This document shows positions 24,601-39,600 of a stretch of 64,000 nucleotides of DNA, in pieces. A model generated the notes under the pieces. It saw only the letters and a program-made list of their open reading frames with translations, had not been told where the DNA came from and did not search any database. How positions within the stretch are numbered: the first letter of the stretch is position 1; each line of letters begins with the position of its first letter. The stretch lies in contig OX597823.1 of NCBI GenBank assembly GCA_951406725.2, forward strand, positions 100,440,001 through 100,504,000, read 5' to 3'. The position numbers and the translations under genes were made by a program. Source of the stretch: Octopus vulgaris. Taxonomy: Eukaryota.

Positions 24601-27600
24601 TAAGCTTGTGGTTAAGTATTAGGGAATTTGTGCTAATCAACCAATCAAAGATGTTCTTCACAATGTGGTATTTTGTTGTCCCCATACTTTCTGACTTGCT
24701 GCAATTGACTGACTTTCACTTGCATCACTTGGAACAATGAAATACATTAAAATAGTTTATTAGGAGTTGGTTCAATCAGGTGTTTACCATATATTCCTAT
24801 ATGACTTTGTGTCAGTCTAACAAATCATTACTGGATTGAAGTACAGTATTTAACTAATGTTTTCTTTACTCTTAGACTTCAAATCTGACCAAAGACAAAT
24901 TTGCCTTTCATCCATTTTTTTAAGGAGAAATAACTCCCAGGCAAGATGTGTTGTCGCTAAAATCATTTCATTTCTGCCATAAAATTTGTGCTTATGTTAT
25001 AAGATCATTATTATCTCTGCCTTAGTAAAAGCAGAGGTGTTGTTTTCAGTCATGTTTGTTTGTCCATGGACAAGATATCTTAAGAACCGCTGGATGGATT
25101 CTGTTGAAAATTTCGGAGACGTTTGGCCTTGTGACTGGCACGAACTGATTAGATTTTGGGATCGATCTGGTACCGGACAAGGATTTGGGATTATTTGTTA
25201 TATTTACTTTACATGAAGTTTTACAATCTTGTGCTGACTTTCAAGTCTTTCTCTGATTATCTCCCTTGAAAGCATGCTCATGGTTTCCATGTAAGTTATG
25301 GCGGCATTGCTGTTTCAAAGTTTTATGTTTGTTTCTCTGTTATTAATTTTACTTGTCTCTATCTTAGTAGAAACTGATGGATAAAGAAATCAAACTACAT
25401 AAACAAACAGCAGCAAAACTGTTTAGAAATTAAATAACACTAACATATTCAGTAACAATAATTGATAAATTTAATTTATCCTCGACAATTTTTAGTTTTA
25501 CCAATTTTGAATATATCGCTCCTATTTAAAACCTCTTACCTACTTGACAATTGTATTTCTAGCTCTGCTTTGAAGGAAGCTTTACTTTGTGGACTCAGGT
25601 TTTTGTATGCAATAATGTTGTTAAACCTCCGTTAACAGCACTGTATGCAGGTCCTTTCTGTTTTCTTTCATGTACTGATAAATTTTTCACTATAGACCTT
25701 AATGGTCATAAAGACACTATATCAGTGAATAGACTGAAAAAGGCCTTCATAGAGAAAACTGTCCTTATTCCCAACACACACACGGCCCGCACACCCACGT
25801 TCACAGTCCATGACTATCATTGGGATCAATCAGGTACTAGACAAGGATTCTGGATTGTTTTTCCGATTTTTTAGTTAATTTTTGAGAGTGGTTGGGTTCA
25901 TTTTTAGTATTCTCGTTTGTGAGAGCAATCGAGTTTATTTCAGATACTCTCATTTTAAAATTCAAATTCATCTCTGGCTAATTGTTGAGAGTATGTTGGT
26001 GTTGCCTTGGCGGAGGTTTGCGCTCTCTGAGTGCTCTTGTTACTGTTGTTATTATTATTATTTCAAATGATTTACGGTGATGGATTGGCAGAATTGTTAA
26101 AGCCTCAGAAGAAATGCCTTGTGTTATTTTTCTGAGCTCTACATCCTGAGTTCAAATCCTTTTGAGGTCAATTTTGCCGTTTATCACTCTAGTGTTAATA
26201 AAATCAAATACCAGTCAAGTTTTAGGTCCATTTAATTGATTAGCCCCTGCCACTAAAACTACTGACCCTGTGCCTAAATTAGAAACTATTAAAGCAATAA
26301 GCTAACACAATCATTAGAGTATTGGACAAATGCCTTGAGTATTTCTCTTGCATCTTTATATTATGCATTTAATACTCTGGAGCTGAGTCTGTGAACTGGC
26401 TTTTTCCTTTCAAGTTTGTCATTGTATGTCAAAGTGTAAATTTAAAATAATAATAATACTTATAATTTTTCTCTCAATATTTTATAGATCACAACTCACA
26501 TGGAATTAAAAGAACAAAATATCCTCAGCCTTTTAGCCAATCTGATTCCATTCTCCGATTTTAATCAAAGTCCCAGAAATATTTATCAGTGTCAGGTAAA
26601 TATCTGGGGTTTTTTTTTATAACATTTTTGTAACCATATTTCTAATAGTACACTCTATTGTATTGCAATTAATTTTTGAAAAGAGTCAAGAATTTGGAGG
26701 AATTTAGTAAATTAACTAAGCTGGCGTTTAGAACACCAAAATGACCTTGCATAAAATTAAGATAATAGGGTTTCAATTTAAATATGAATAATTATAATTT
26801 CAAGGTTTTGTATCATTGAAGTCAAGTCAGTCTCAAAAGAGTTAAATATTTTTGGTTGTACTGGTGCTTATAATGTCATATTTGTTTTTAATGGTTGAAC
26901 TTAAATTAGATAAAGCTATAGATAATGATTTCAAATTTTGGTGCAAGGCCAGGAATTTTGGAGGTGAGTTATGTTGATTACATCAACCCCAGTACTCAAC
27001 TGGTAATTATTTTATCAACCCCCAAAAGGATGAAAGGTAAATTCGATCTCAATGGGATCTGAATTAAGAATGTAAAGATAGATGAAATAACAGTAAGCAT
27101 TTTGCCTGGTGTGCTAACGATTCTGCCAGCTCACTGCCTTAGATAAAGTTATAAATAAAAGCATGTAAATATTGGCTTAAAAAATCCTTAATTGGATTGG
27201 AAAAGTTGAAGGCTTCGAAAGGATCAAAGGATTTTTTAACCCAATATACTACATGCTATTATTTATAACTTCACCTTCTTTGAGTTGAACTATTAAAAAC
27301 AAATTATTTCATGTTCTCTCAAAGTTTCTAAATTCTTATATATCTTTGTATTTATATATGTTGTTTATATTTCAGATGGGTAAACAAACAGTTGGGATGA
27401 CACCCTATGCACTCTCTTTTAGAGCAGACCAAAAGCTATATCGTTTACAGACACCACAGAGTCCAATAGTCCGATGTGAGATTTACAATGATTATCAGAT
27501 GGACAATTACCCTTTGGGGACAAATGTTATAGTTGCTGTCCTTTCATACACGGTAAACTCGTTATCAGTTCTTTGCAATCAAAGTGTCATATTTTCTTTT

Positions 27601-30600
27601 ATACACAACTACCTCAACTGTATTTGAATTTATTATCATGCTACAGTCCAATTTATGTTGGAAGTATTCATAATATTAAGTTCATACAACTATTTTGGTT
27701 ATAGTCCACAACTTTATGCAGTGCTATGTAATGCTTGCTATTCATATTTACTATTGATATTAAACATGCATTTTAGCATCAACTAAATTCCCTCTAGTTC
27801 TAAATCACCAACATAAGTCAGTGGTCTATTTCTTAGAAAGTTTATTATTTAATTTTGTTTCACAGCACCATTACACACATAGTATCCTCTTTGTCAACCC
27901 TTGTGAGCTCAAAGCCCCTGTAAGTGGGTATTACCACCCAGGATCAGTATCATGGGCATACATTGTAGTATTCTGAACTCTCTGGTTCTGAATTTGAAAT
28001 TAGCTGAAACCATCACATTTGGTTAACTCTTTCATATTTTTGTGGTTGAAAAACGCTGCCTTTGTTTCAATTAATCTGTAGAATAATGAAGAATAATTCT
28101 GTAGAATAATCTGTTGAATAATGAAGAATTTAGTAAAAGAACTTTGTCATTATTAGTCTGGTGTTTGAAACATAAATTAATATGGAATTCTGATGGAAGG
28201 TTTTAATTGAGATCACTTTAAAACAAGACATTTGTATCATAGAATCATGCGCTGTCTTTGGTAGATTGGCATCAAAAGGTTTGTCTTCCACCAGCCATGG
28301 CTTGTTATTAATAAGTATTTGTAAATTACTGATTTGGTATGAATTGAAGTCTCTTCAAAGAAATCTTAAATATTGGATACAAATTAATTGATAAATGTGT
28401 TTTTTTATTTCCTACAGGGTTATGATATGGAAGATGCCATGATTTTAAATAAAGGTTCAGTTGAACGAGGATTTTCTCATGGTTGTATTTACAAATCTAT
28501 AGTAAGTAGAAATATGTAAATGTTTATCTTTTATCTTTTTTATTTGTTTCACTCTTTGGACTGTGGCCATGCTGCAGCACTGTCTTGGAAGGTTTTATTT
28601 AAATAAATCCACCCCAGTACATATTTCCAAGCTTAGTACTCATTCTGTTGTTGTTCTTGTGCAAAACGTCTAAGTAATGGGGACATAAACAAACCAACAC
28701 CTGTTATCAAGCAGTGATGGGGGACAAACACTAACTCACACATATATAAATGACTTCTTTCAGTTTCTGTCTACCAAATCCACTTACAAGGCTTTGGTTA
28801 GCCTAGGGCTATTTTAGTAGACACTTGTCCAAGGTGAAGCCCATCATATGTATTTATATACATGTTATTTGTGTGTCGCCTTGTCTAGACATCATGTGAT
28901 AGTTGTAAATGAGCATCACTATTGTACAAGGGATGTTGTTTCCAATCTTCTGTAGAAACATACCTGGTCATGGGAAATATTACCTTGTTTGGAAATAGGC
29001 GACACGAAGTGCATCCAGCTGTAAAAAAAAAAAGTTCTGACTCAACAAATTCCATCTGACTCATGCAAGCATGAGTTCAATTCTGCTGGCAACAATGATG
29101 GCTACTGCTGTTGCTACTACTGCTACTCTATGATTTCATGCTAAGACTATGAACTGGCAAGCTACTTTGCCAAATGCTAATTAATTCAAGGTGTAACCCA
29201 TTTCCTTTAGGTGATTTGATGAACTTTCTGTAAGTGATGCTTAATCTATTTCGGACCAATTCTCTTCTGATTTTGTTGCCGGCAATTTAAGTAATACCAA
29301 CTTTGGAAACTGCGAACTGTTTAATGCTATGACGAGGCTGATGATTCCTCTGAAACTCCTGTGTTATGTCTCCTCAATTTTATGTGCCACCAGTGGTTGT
29401 AGTGAAGGCATTTTATAACTCATAGAGTGACTGGGCATGCACCACTGAGAGAGGGGGGGGGGCTTAAGTGAGGTGTTAGGTGGAGTTACAATATGATATG
29501 AGGAAAGGATTTAATGTTGTGAGGGGTTTGTAGTGGAGAGAGTAACAGAGGAGGAGGAGTTTTCAGAACACATTCTTCAAAGTAACAATACCCAAGAAGG
29601 TGAATAGAAGTGAGCTTAGTGGCAGAAGAATCAGGGATCACCATCATTATCATTGTTTAACATTTGTTTTTTGGGTTGCCATGAGTTGGATGCCAAGCTC
29701 CAATGACTACTTTGGTATGGTTTCTACAGCTGGATGCCCTTCCTTGTGTAATGATCCCACATTCTTTTCGTATTTATTTATGTTTATCTTTCTTTTTCTT
29801 TTGAAGAATATTGATTTAAAGAGCAGGGAAATGGAAAACTCAAATTTCATATTCAGTAAGTGAATGAATCTTACTTTATTTTTGTTAGTAATTTTCATTT
29901 TTATATTTATAAATAGAAAGTAAATTTATTAATTAGAAGTGTCCTAATAACATCATCCTCCTCCTCCTCCATATGTTATCCATGCTGGCATCTGTAAGCA
30001 ATGAATTTTAAGACTGGACTTTAGCAGGTTTTGAGATTAGTCCAGAAATATAATACAAAAAGCTATTTAAAAGACAGAATGGTACAGAGATTTAAAATGC
30101 TGTCTGGTAGAGAAGTAGCTCACTAGTAAATTGCTGCTGTCTTTATTTCTTCCTCTTAAGAATGTTTCTCTTTTGCAATATATTCTTTTATTTGTATTAC
30201 TGCCAAAACATGAAATTCCATCATTATTTGCTGTTGCTAATGCTTTTAGCAGCTCTCCACCAGTGGTTTGCAACCTGTGGTCTGCAACGGTAGTACTGGT
30301 GGGGGTCTGTGAACATGTTAAGCCAACAGCCCTTCCAATATCCTGGGGTCTGTGGGAAAACTCATTTAAATAAAAGGGGTCCTTGGTAGTGAAAAGGCTG
30401 GGAGTCATTGCTCTACACCATTGCACAATGCAGAAACCTGGACATTGACAAATTATCTGTCTACAAACTGGAAGCATTTGAAATGTGAACATCTAGAAGA
30501 AAGTTAAGGACATCTTGGACAAAAACATAAAACTAACTAAGAAGTGCTACAATCAGTAAATACAAAAAGTTCATTACTTTCACCTATTAAGGAAAGGAAA

Positions 30601-33600
30601 TTAAAGTACTTTGGTCAAATAGTAAGAGCACAAGGTATACAAAGACTATTACAGGAAGGAAAGATAAATAGCAAATGCTTAAGAGGAAGACTGAGAACAA
30701 ACTTGGTTTGATAACATTATGGCCTTGACTATATTGTTATATGGTGAAAGTGTAAGAATGGCAAAAGAATCAAATGGAGATCTTTGATATTCAACCTGCT
30801 GAGAGTGGATGATGCCTAATGATAATGATGATGACAGGTGTCATTACTGATCAGGTGTATATTTGGTGTCAGAAGTTGAATAAATGTTGCAAGGAAGAAG
30901 AGATGTTTAATGTTTCAGGAGATGAAGGTGTTGCTTGATACATTGGGAAAAAAAAAAACAATGGAAAACCATTATTATAATGGTGAAGCAAGGTTGTGGA
31001 TTGGTAGAATCCTTGAAACATTGGACAAAATGCCTTGTGGTATTACTTCTGATGCTTTACTTTCTGGGTTCAAATCTTGTCATGGTCAACTTTTCCTTTC
31101 ATTACTCAGGGCCAATAAAATAAAGTAGCAGTTAAGTATTGGAGTTGATAATATTGATTTTGCCTCCTCCCCCCACTGCCTCACCACCAAACTATTGGCC
31201 TTTTACCTAAATTAGAAACAATTGTAAGAACAGAGAATAAGGGAGGAGGTTCATGCTCATAGGTCTATTATTAGGAGGAATGACCATAGGATTGCACCCA
31301 TGAGAGTTCCCGGCCAAGGCACAAGTCTGGGCAAAGTTGTTTATGGAAGAGCAGCAGTCAGCAATGCATATCAGCCTCCCCATCTCCATGCCACCAATGT
31401 TATCCAAAAGAAAGGCAAACGCCAATACAGTTCGACACCAATGACGTTGCAATTCATTTCTACATCTGAGCGAACATGAATTAAAGTGGCTTGTGCAAGA
31501 ACCAACATAGAGCCTGGTCCGAGAATTGAACTCACTATCTCATGATTGTGAGCCTGAGTTAATGTGCCTCCACTCTGAGAGAATATAAAATTATTAAATT
31601 CTTATTCTAAATTTTGATGTCCAAGGTTGATTTTTATGACATAATCTCCATTTTCTGTTGTAGATAATATGGATGAGATTCCAGGTTTGGATGCTGATGG
31701 TCTTCCACCTGTAGGAACACATCTGGAATATAGTTCTCCTTATTACAGGTACGCATTTACCTATTCTGCTTTTTCAGCTTGTGTGTGTCTGTATGTCAAT
31801 GTGCAATAATATCGATATCCCAGGGGCTCTTTGTCACTGCTTAAGTGAAACGATGATTTGATGCTTCTTTTTGACACTATGAGACACTTTACCCCTCATC
31901 TCATAGCATCAAACGGCCTCCCTCTCTGTTCTATCCTCATTTAGTCAAAGGGAACCTTAATCTTGCAGGCTGCATGATGACCTGCTGGTGCCATGGGAAA
32001 AGCACCTTGTACATGCTGCAGAGAAGCTGACTTTAGGAAGGGGATCCAGTCATAGAAATGCTGCTACGGCAGACATTGGAGCATGATATAGTCTTTGGAC
32101 CTATTGGATCCTGTCAAACCATCCAACCCATGTCAGCATGGACTTCAAATGATGATGACGACAACGATTCTGCACTATTAAAGACTTGGGGAATAAAACC
32201 CCACTTACTTGAAAAACAGATAATGGTTGGTGACAGGATCTGCATCCAGTCACTAAATCTTACCTCAAATAAGATCCTATCCAACCCATGCTAGCATGGT
32301 AAAACAGACATTGAACTGACTGTATGATTCTTAACTTGAATATCCTGGCAAGTTCAACTTGGATTTTCATCTCTTTACAACAGAGTACATAACTATAAAG
32401 TATTGTTTCTTGTGTTATAATTATTATTTTTATTTTTTACATTTAGTTACTTCAACCAGGAGACATCGCAACAACATACCGTTTATTACCATGAAAAGGA
32501 AGAGGCATATGTTGACCAAGTAAAAATTTTGGGCAATGACACTGGCACAGGGGAATTAACCAATGTTATCATTGTATTAAGAGTACCGGTACGTATATGA
32601 TCTAAAGTAATATATATGTGTGCATATACAGCAATGAAGTTGTTGACAATGTTGCTAGGGTGATTTGAATGCATATGAGTGTAATGCAAAGATAGTGGTA
32701 GGTAGATCAAGTGTTATGTCCAGGAAGTTGACTTTTTATTGGGCTGTGTTCCACAGATTTAGAAACATAGGTTGCTGAAGAAGCTATGAAGGTTCTTATG
32801 AAATCTGTCTTTGAGTTGAAGGTTGCAAGGCATAAGGATTCCCTTTGGAACAATAGAAGCTCTCCCACACCCTTTGATGTCAGCATATATGCAAGTGATT
32901 CAGTAGAGAAGTGACTTATTGGATGATACCTCCTGCATAACATCAAAGGTAGCTTCCATCAAACGAGGTCTATACTATGCTGACAGCCTCCTTGCTATCA
33001 ACAATTGCAAATGTCAACTCAGACAAATTCCCTAAGAATTTTCATAACTTCATCAACAACCCACATTTCTAAATCTCTGTGGAACACAGCCTATTGAAAG
33101 CCAACTTCCTGGATGTAACACTCGATCTATCTAAACTAAATAGATCATTACATCCTTGTTCACTCAAATCACCCATCATCAACCACCTTAGTCCTAACAT
33201 CTATTGAAGATGTTCCTACCTTTCAACAAACATACAAATCTACAGAAGCTGCACCATGTAGCAAAGTTGAAACAAATAAAATCATTTTTATAGAACCAAC
33301 ACTACTAACATATAAAAACAAAACTGAAAAAATAAACATTACTTGGTTCAAATTTCCACACAACACACACACACAATCATTTAACAACCATGTTTCATGT
33401 TGGTATAAGTATATATATATATATGCATTTGGAATGTTCCATTGGATCCTTCCTCATGAAAATTTCTGGCACTGTCCATCCACATTGTTAAATGTGGATG
33501 GACAGTGCCAGATTAGTTTACTTAGGTAAGAGAAGCTATCAACCACTTTTATAAAATCTTCTGAACATTACAAAGAATTGATTTCATTGGTTCTCTGAGG

Positions 33601-36600
33601 TCTCACTATTCCCATACATCTATTGTCAGTCAGTCTTTGGCTCTGTTGCCTCCATTGTGCATCCAGAGGTTACACTGTACAAAACTTCTCTCTCCTCCTT
33701 TTGTGCATGTTGGTCACATTCATTTCTTTGATGCCATCAGTATTCTGTCTTCTTTTCGACTTACTAAAACCTTAGTAAATCTTTTGCATTTACTCTGAGG
33801 CCTTTTGATTCTAGGTTTCAGTCCCACATTTGGAATTTTTTCTCTAAATCTATCACAGACTCTGCTATAAGAACTGGTCATGAGCATTTAGGTACTCCCG
33901 CAGGCAAATGGTCTTAAACTCCACTATTATGGTCTGGAGGACTATAATAAATAAGGGAGCTGTAACTGAGAACTGAAACCTGATGGACACCAACTTGCAC
34001 TCTAAATTCCTCACTGAATTCATTGTCAACCCTCACTCTGCTGACTGTATCTCGGTATATGACACATATTGCTCTCACCATTCTTCAAATTATAGTTTAC
34101 TTAGTGACTACCAGACTATAGATCATGGAGTTTTGTTGATCTTTAGAGCTGGGAAGTTCAGAGACATGACATGTTTCAAATGGCATGGCACTATCTGAGC
34201 AAACCATGATATTGTTGGTGGCATTGCTGTGTGATGAAGTTCACTTCCCAACCTCACAGTTTTGGGATCAGTTCCACTGAGTGGCACCATGGGCATCTTC
34301 TGCTATAGCCTCACGTTAACTAAACTTTTGTGAATGGATTTCCAACTTGTGTATATGTGTGTGTGTCTGTGTGACCGTGTGTTTTTTTGTGTCTCCTTCA
34401 TGTTACATGATAGTTGTAAATGAGTGTTATTGTCATACAGGCTGTCATTTTCATTTCCAATCCTCTGCAAAAACATGTCTGGCCATGGGGAAATATGCTG
34501 CTTCAAAGAAGAATTAAATGTGTCGACAATAAACCTTTTTTTATGAAAAAAACTTCAAAAAATTTTTATTTTTCTTAGAGAAATCCAATTATTGGTGACA
34601 AATTTTCAAGTCGTCATGGACAGAAAGGCATCTGTAGGTAAGGAGTTGTTTTCCATTTTTTTTAAAACCTCATTCATAATGTTTTTGCATTCACTAACCC
34701 ACAAACCTTCAATTTTTTACAATTTCTCTATGCACATATTATTTTTATGACTGTCAACCTGCAGTTATTTGAAAGAAACATTAACCACATCAGTTTATTG
34801 GCATCAGATGACCTGCAAAGGTCCTCTAGACAAATGGAGTAAAAAAAAAATGCATGTGCAATTGACAAAAATTATTTCCTCATGCTAAATGTGAAAAATG
34901 AAGTTGTAAAATACCAAACCAGCTGACATTGTCTGTTTTTAATGTGATCTAAATTAAAATGTTCCATCAAAATTGTTTGTTAATTTATGTTCAAATACCA
35001 GATTAATTAAGATAAGTTATATTATAAAATTGTCCATTATTTTCAAAATTAAAACAAAGGCAGTTTATTTCAACACAAATATAATAAAAGGATTAAAAAG
35101 TATTTAACAGAATTTCTATTTTTTGCATGTATCCAGTTTACATTTATCCATAAATGGTAGGATTTTAAGATGATAATTCCATGTCAACTAATAGTGTTTG
35201 ATCTTGTTTCCAGTATACTTTGGCCTTCTGAGGACATGCCCTTCACTGAAAGTGGAATGACTCCAGATATTCTTTTCAATCCTCATGGTTTCCCATCTCG
35301 GATGACAATAGGTAACTCCCACATTTCATTAAAACCTGTTGTTATTTTTTCAAAATATATAAAATCAGGTGTTCTTACTTGGAGTGAGGTGGTGATGGTG
35401 GTGTGGAGTATGGTAACATTTTCTTGAGCTGTTGAAAGCAACAAGATTGGTATGACCTTGTTGGAATATAGTTTTCTAATGCCTTTCATAATTATTTCTA
35501 ATTCTGGTTTAAGGCCTGCAATTCTGAGAGGAGAGCACTTGGTTGGTATTTTATTTTATCAAACCCCGAAAATTGAAAAGCTAGATTAGCACAACCTTCT
35601 TGGAGGGTAGGCCATCCATAACTATTTCTAACATAGGCGCAAGGCCTGAAATTTTAGTGAAAGAGGTTAGTTGATTAAATCAACTCCAGTACTTAACTGG
35701 TACTTATTTTATTGACCCTTCAAGGGTGAAAGGCAAAGTTTGACATCAGTGACATTTGATAAGCTCGGAACATATGTGGTGCGTTCCAGAAGTTTTGAGA
35801 CTTTTTTAGGAGGGACAGTTACAACAGTCCTAGATTATTGTAATTCTAGTATACCATTACTATACATCTAGTAAAGTAAATTGCCAAATTTTGTTATTCT
35901 AGATTGAAGGAGATGGCTGTAACAGCACTTTGAACACTTTCTATTAAGCACTGCTTGTTACAGCTAGCTGACTAGCAGAATGCAGTCAAGATCTGAAGAC
36001 AATTTGGAAGCTTATTTATGCCATATTGTTTTGTGTTAAACTGGGCAAGAACCCTGCACAAACTTATGACTTGCTCTCTATACTGCTTATGGATTAACAT
36101 GAAGCAAGCATTTTGTTGGCAGAAGCAGTCAAGCAAAACATATCCAGCAGGAAGCTCATGATGATCCCGTTTTTTGACAAGGGTATCATTTACATCTCCT
36201 GGGTTCTCACTGGCCAGACACCCAACTAAGAGTGAAGGTTTTGAGGGAGTTCAGGAAGAGATTTCATTGCAAACAGCCAGATCACCTCTACCAGAACAGT
36301 GCACCAGTCCACAGTTATCAACCTGCCTGAAACTGCTCCTAGTTTCATGATACAAACTTGCTGTCTTAACCATTTAGACCCATCTGCATCTGGCCTAAAT
36401 ATTCTACCTGGTTTGTTGTCAAAGCATCTAGATCCAGCCTTTCACACCTACCCTACAATGACGTGAAAATAAACTTCATTGAATCTCAAAGTTATAAGAT
36501 AATCCATGATTAATTCAAAACAGTGTGAATAAATAAACAAGCATTTCATTTGATAGAGTAATCTGGGTGCTAAAGTCTTAACCCTTTTGTTTCCATAAGT

Positions 36601-39600
36601 TTTGAATTAAAATCTTCCACCAAGCCTTAGTTACAATTTAATACTAGCTGAATGATAACTAAGTTATTTTACTAAATTCTTTGTTATATTTAAAGTAATT
36701 GAAAGAAACACAGAGCATCTCAACAGAAATATAGTAACAAGAAAGGGTTAAAGTGATCTAGATTTAAAAGCTTCCAACAAAATTTCACATTAATTTATGT
36801 TCGAAAACCAACTTAATATAACAGTAATTCTTTATTCTTTTCAAATTTATTGGAAACAGAAATCTGGTAATGAGAGAGTTAAATGTATTTCTTCTTTATT
36901 ACAGGTATGATCTTAGAATTTATGGCAGGAAAATCTGGTGCTCTGCATGGCATGAGTCATGATTCTACTCCATTCTCATTCAATGATGACTATACGGCAT
37001 CAGACCATTTTGGAAAACTACTCACTGCAGGTTAGTTTGGTTGGAGAAACACGAGTTGTTTTCATCTGTGTTAATTGTATCCCTATATCCTTCATTATAA
37101 ATATCTCTTTCTTTATGGTAATGTTCCAGGATGGCTTTGGCTGTAACAATTAAAATGACTTAAAGATCATGCCATATCTTTGTATTCATATGCATCCTAA
37201 ATCATGGACATAGCATTGCTGAATGGCAAAAGAAGCTTGCTTTACACACACGAAATCCTTCTTTCAATCCCATTGCATGGCATCTTAGGCAAATGTCATT
37301 TTTATATCCCGGGGTCAACCTATTGCTCTGAATGAAACTGGTTAGATAGAAATTGTATAGAAGCCCATTCAGTGGATACAGCTGTGTTGCTGTGCCATGG
37401 TTATTCTGTTTGTGTAGATATGGCTCAAATATTTTACCTGTTTTATATTCAAACTGGTCAGATCCAGGCTCTCACACCTACCCTACAATGTCATTCTAAA
37501 AATAAACACTCACATTATCAAAATCACAAAGCTATGAGATGTTGTATGATTAATTCAAACTAATGCAAATAAATAATTTGACAGAATCTGAATGCAAAAG
37601 GCTTAAGAGTACATGAGTGTGTGTGGAATACTCAACCACATGGAATGCTAATTCAATGAGCATATGATTTGGTTAATTGTTGAAACCTGCAGAGATCTAT
37701 TTACTTTGTTATCTTAAGCCACCTCAGCTGTATGATTGAGACAATATATTAATATGAGTAAGAAAACATAAGCTTCATCTCCAAACTACATAAATGCTAA
37801 CTCTCTTGTGTTTAACTAAGTGAATTTCTTTTACTATTTTGATGCTTCATTTGAGAATTTCTTTAATTTATATTCATTACAGCTGGTTACAACTTCTATG
37901 GAACTGAACGACTCTACAGTGGGGTCACTGGTGAGGAGCTAGAGGCTGATATCTTCATAGGTATTGTCTACTACCAGAAATTGAGACATATGGTTTCAGA
38001 CAAGTTCCAGGTGAGATTAACATACAGGTTCTGTTTTGATCTCTTTTGTCTATGTCTTTTATGCTTTATCACTGTTAAGGTTGACTCTATATATAGAGGA
38101 TGTATGTGTAAACCTGAAGAACTTCTGAAGTTCACAACTGATTTTCTCTATATTGGGAACATACATTACTTATGTTCCAGAGATAGTTTTAGACTCTTAA
38201 CATTTTTTGCATAATGAGTAATGGGGCCTCTGGGGTACTTTTGACTGCTCACATGGTCCACACATTGCTATTGTTCAAACTGGAAAAAACAGCTACTGAG
38301 ATGATATAAGTAGGTTGTATTAAATGGATGAACCGATGTAGACTTCAAACTGCATTGTCTAAGTGGCAGCAATAATAGCCTGTTCTTGTAGTACCATAGG
38401 TAGCAATTTGCTGGAATAAAAACCGTTTGAAATGCACTAAGTTTATTATGAAAAATATGCTAAAATATGTTGAATCCTGAGCAACTATTTTCTTTTAGCT
38501 TCAATATCAAAGTCTTCCCTCTTAGTATAGATGAAGCCCATACAAATATTCTTCAGCTGTTGATTACAAACTTAAATATCGCATGTACATTAACCTACAA
38601 ATTTATCATGTCTAAGACCTAACCCTGTATGTTAGAGACTGTGTCTTTAACATGACCTTGTGTGCCCAGACGCTGCATGCAGAATTGTTTTCATTTGGGA
38701 GCTGAGTTGTCCACACAATGGTCGCAGGCTGTTTACATGAAGGAGTGCACAGTCAAGCCATGACTTTTGATTCCCAACCACGTCAGCAACCCAAAGTCAT
38801 GTGACCCGACCATGTGTGTTAGAGACCGTGTCCTTAATATGACCTTGCGTAGCCTGATGTTGCATGCAGAATTATTTTCGTTTGGGAGTTGTCCTCACAA
38901 TGGTCTCATGCTGTTTACACAAAGGAGTGCATGGTTGAGCCACAGCTGTTGATTCCAAACTGAAATATTGCATGACTGTTGTTTTCAAGTGCTTCTTGGC
39001 ATGCCCTCACCCCCTCGTTTACTACATCATTTCTTTCATGCAGATTTCTCTCATGTGGTGCTGTTGAGCACACCCACAGGCTTGATTTGTCACATAGACG
39101 TAGTTCCTATGTCTGCTGATTGTTCAATGTGATAGTGGCAGCTGCAAAGGAGAGTATATCCACTGAGAGCTTTTGGGTGCATTCAAAAACTACATACCCC
39201 CACCCACTTCTCCATGACATGGTTAGGACCTGGAATATTCCAAACAGATGCATAATATGTCACTTAGTCAAATTAGCCCTTCATTTGACCCACAAATGCT
39301 TTGTTGTCAATGCTGCACTTCCCCAGTATCACATGTTTCGACTTGAACTGTACCGTATATACAAACTATGACATTTAAATCCCAAGCAACGCCGGGTATC
39401 TCTGCTAGTCTGTTAATATAGCAGTAATTAAGTATTTATTATATCTACTTCTTCACATGAGACCCTCTGAGTTCAAATCAGTGATGTGTTTGTATTCCTG
39501 AGGAACATTATATCATGCAGTTGTGCATTTTCCAAGTTTAGTGGAATAAAAAATCCTTTACTTGAAAAACAGACCAGCATAAGAAAAATGTAAAAGGAAT

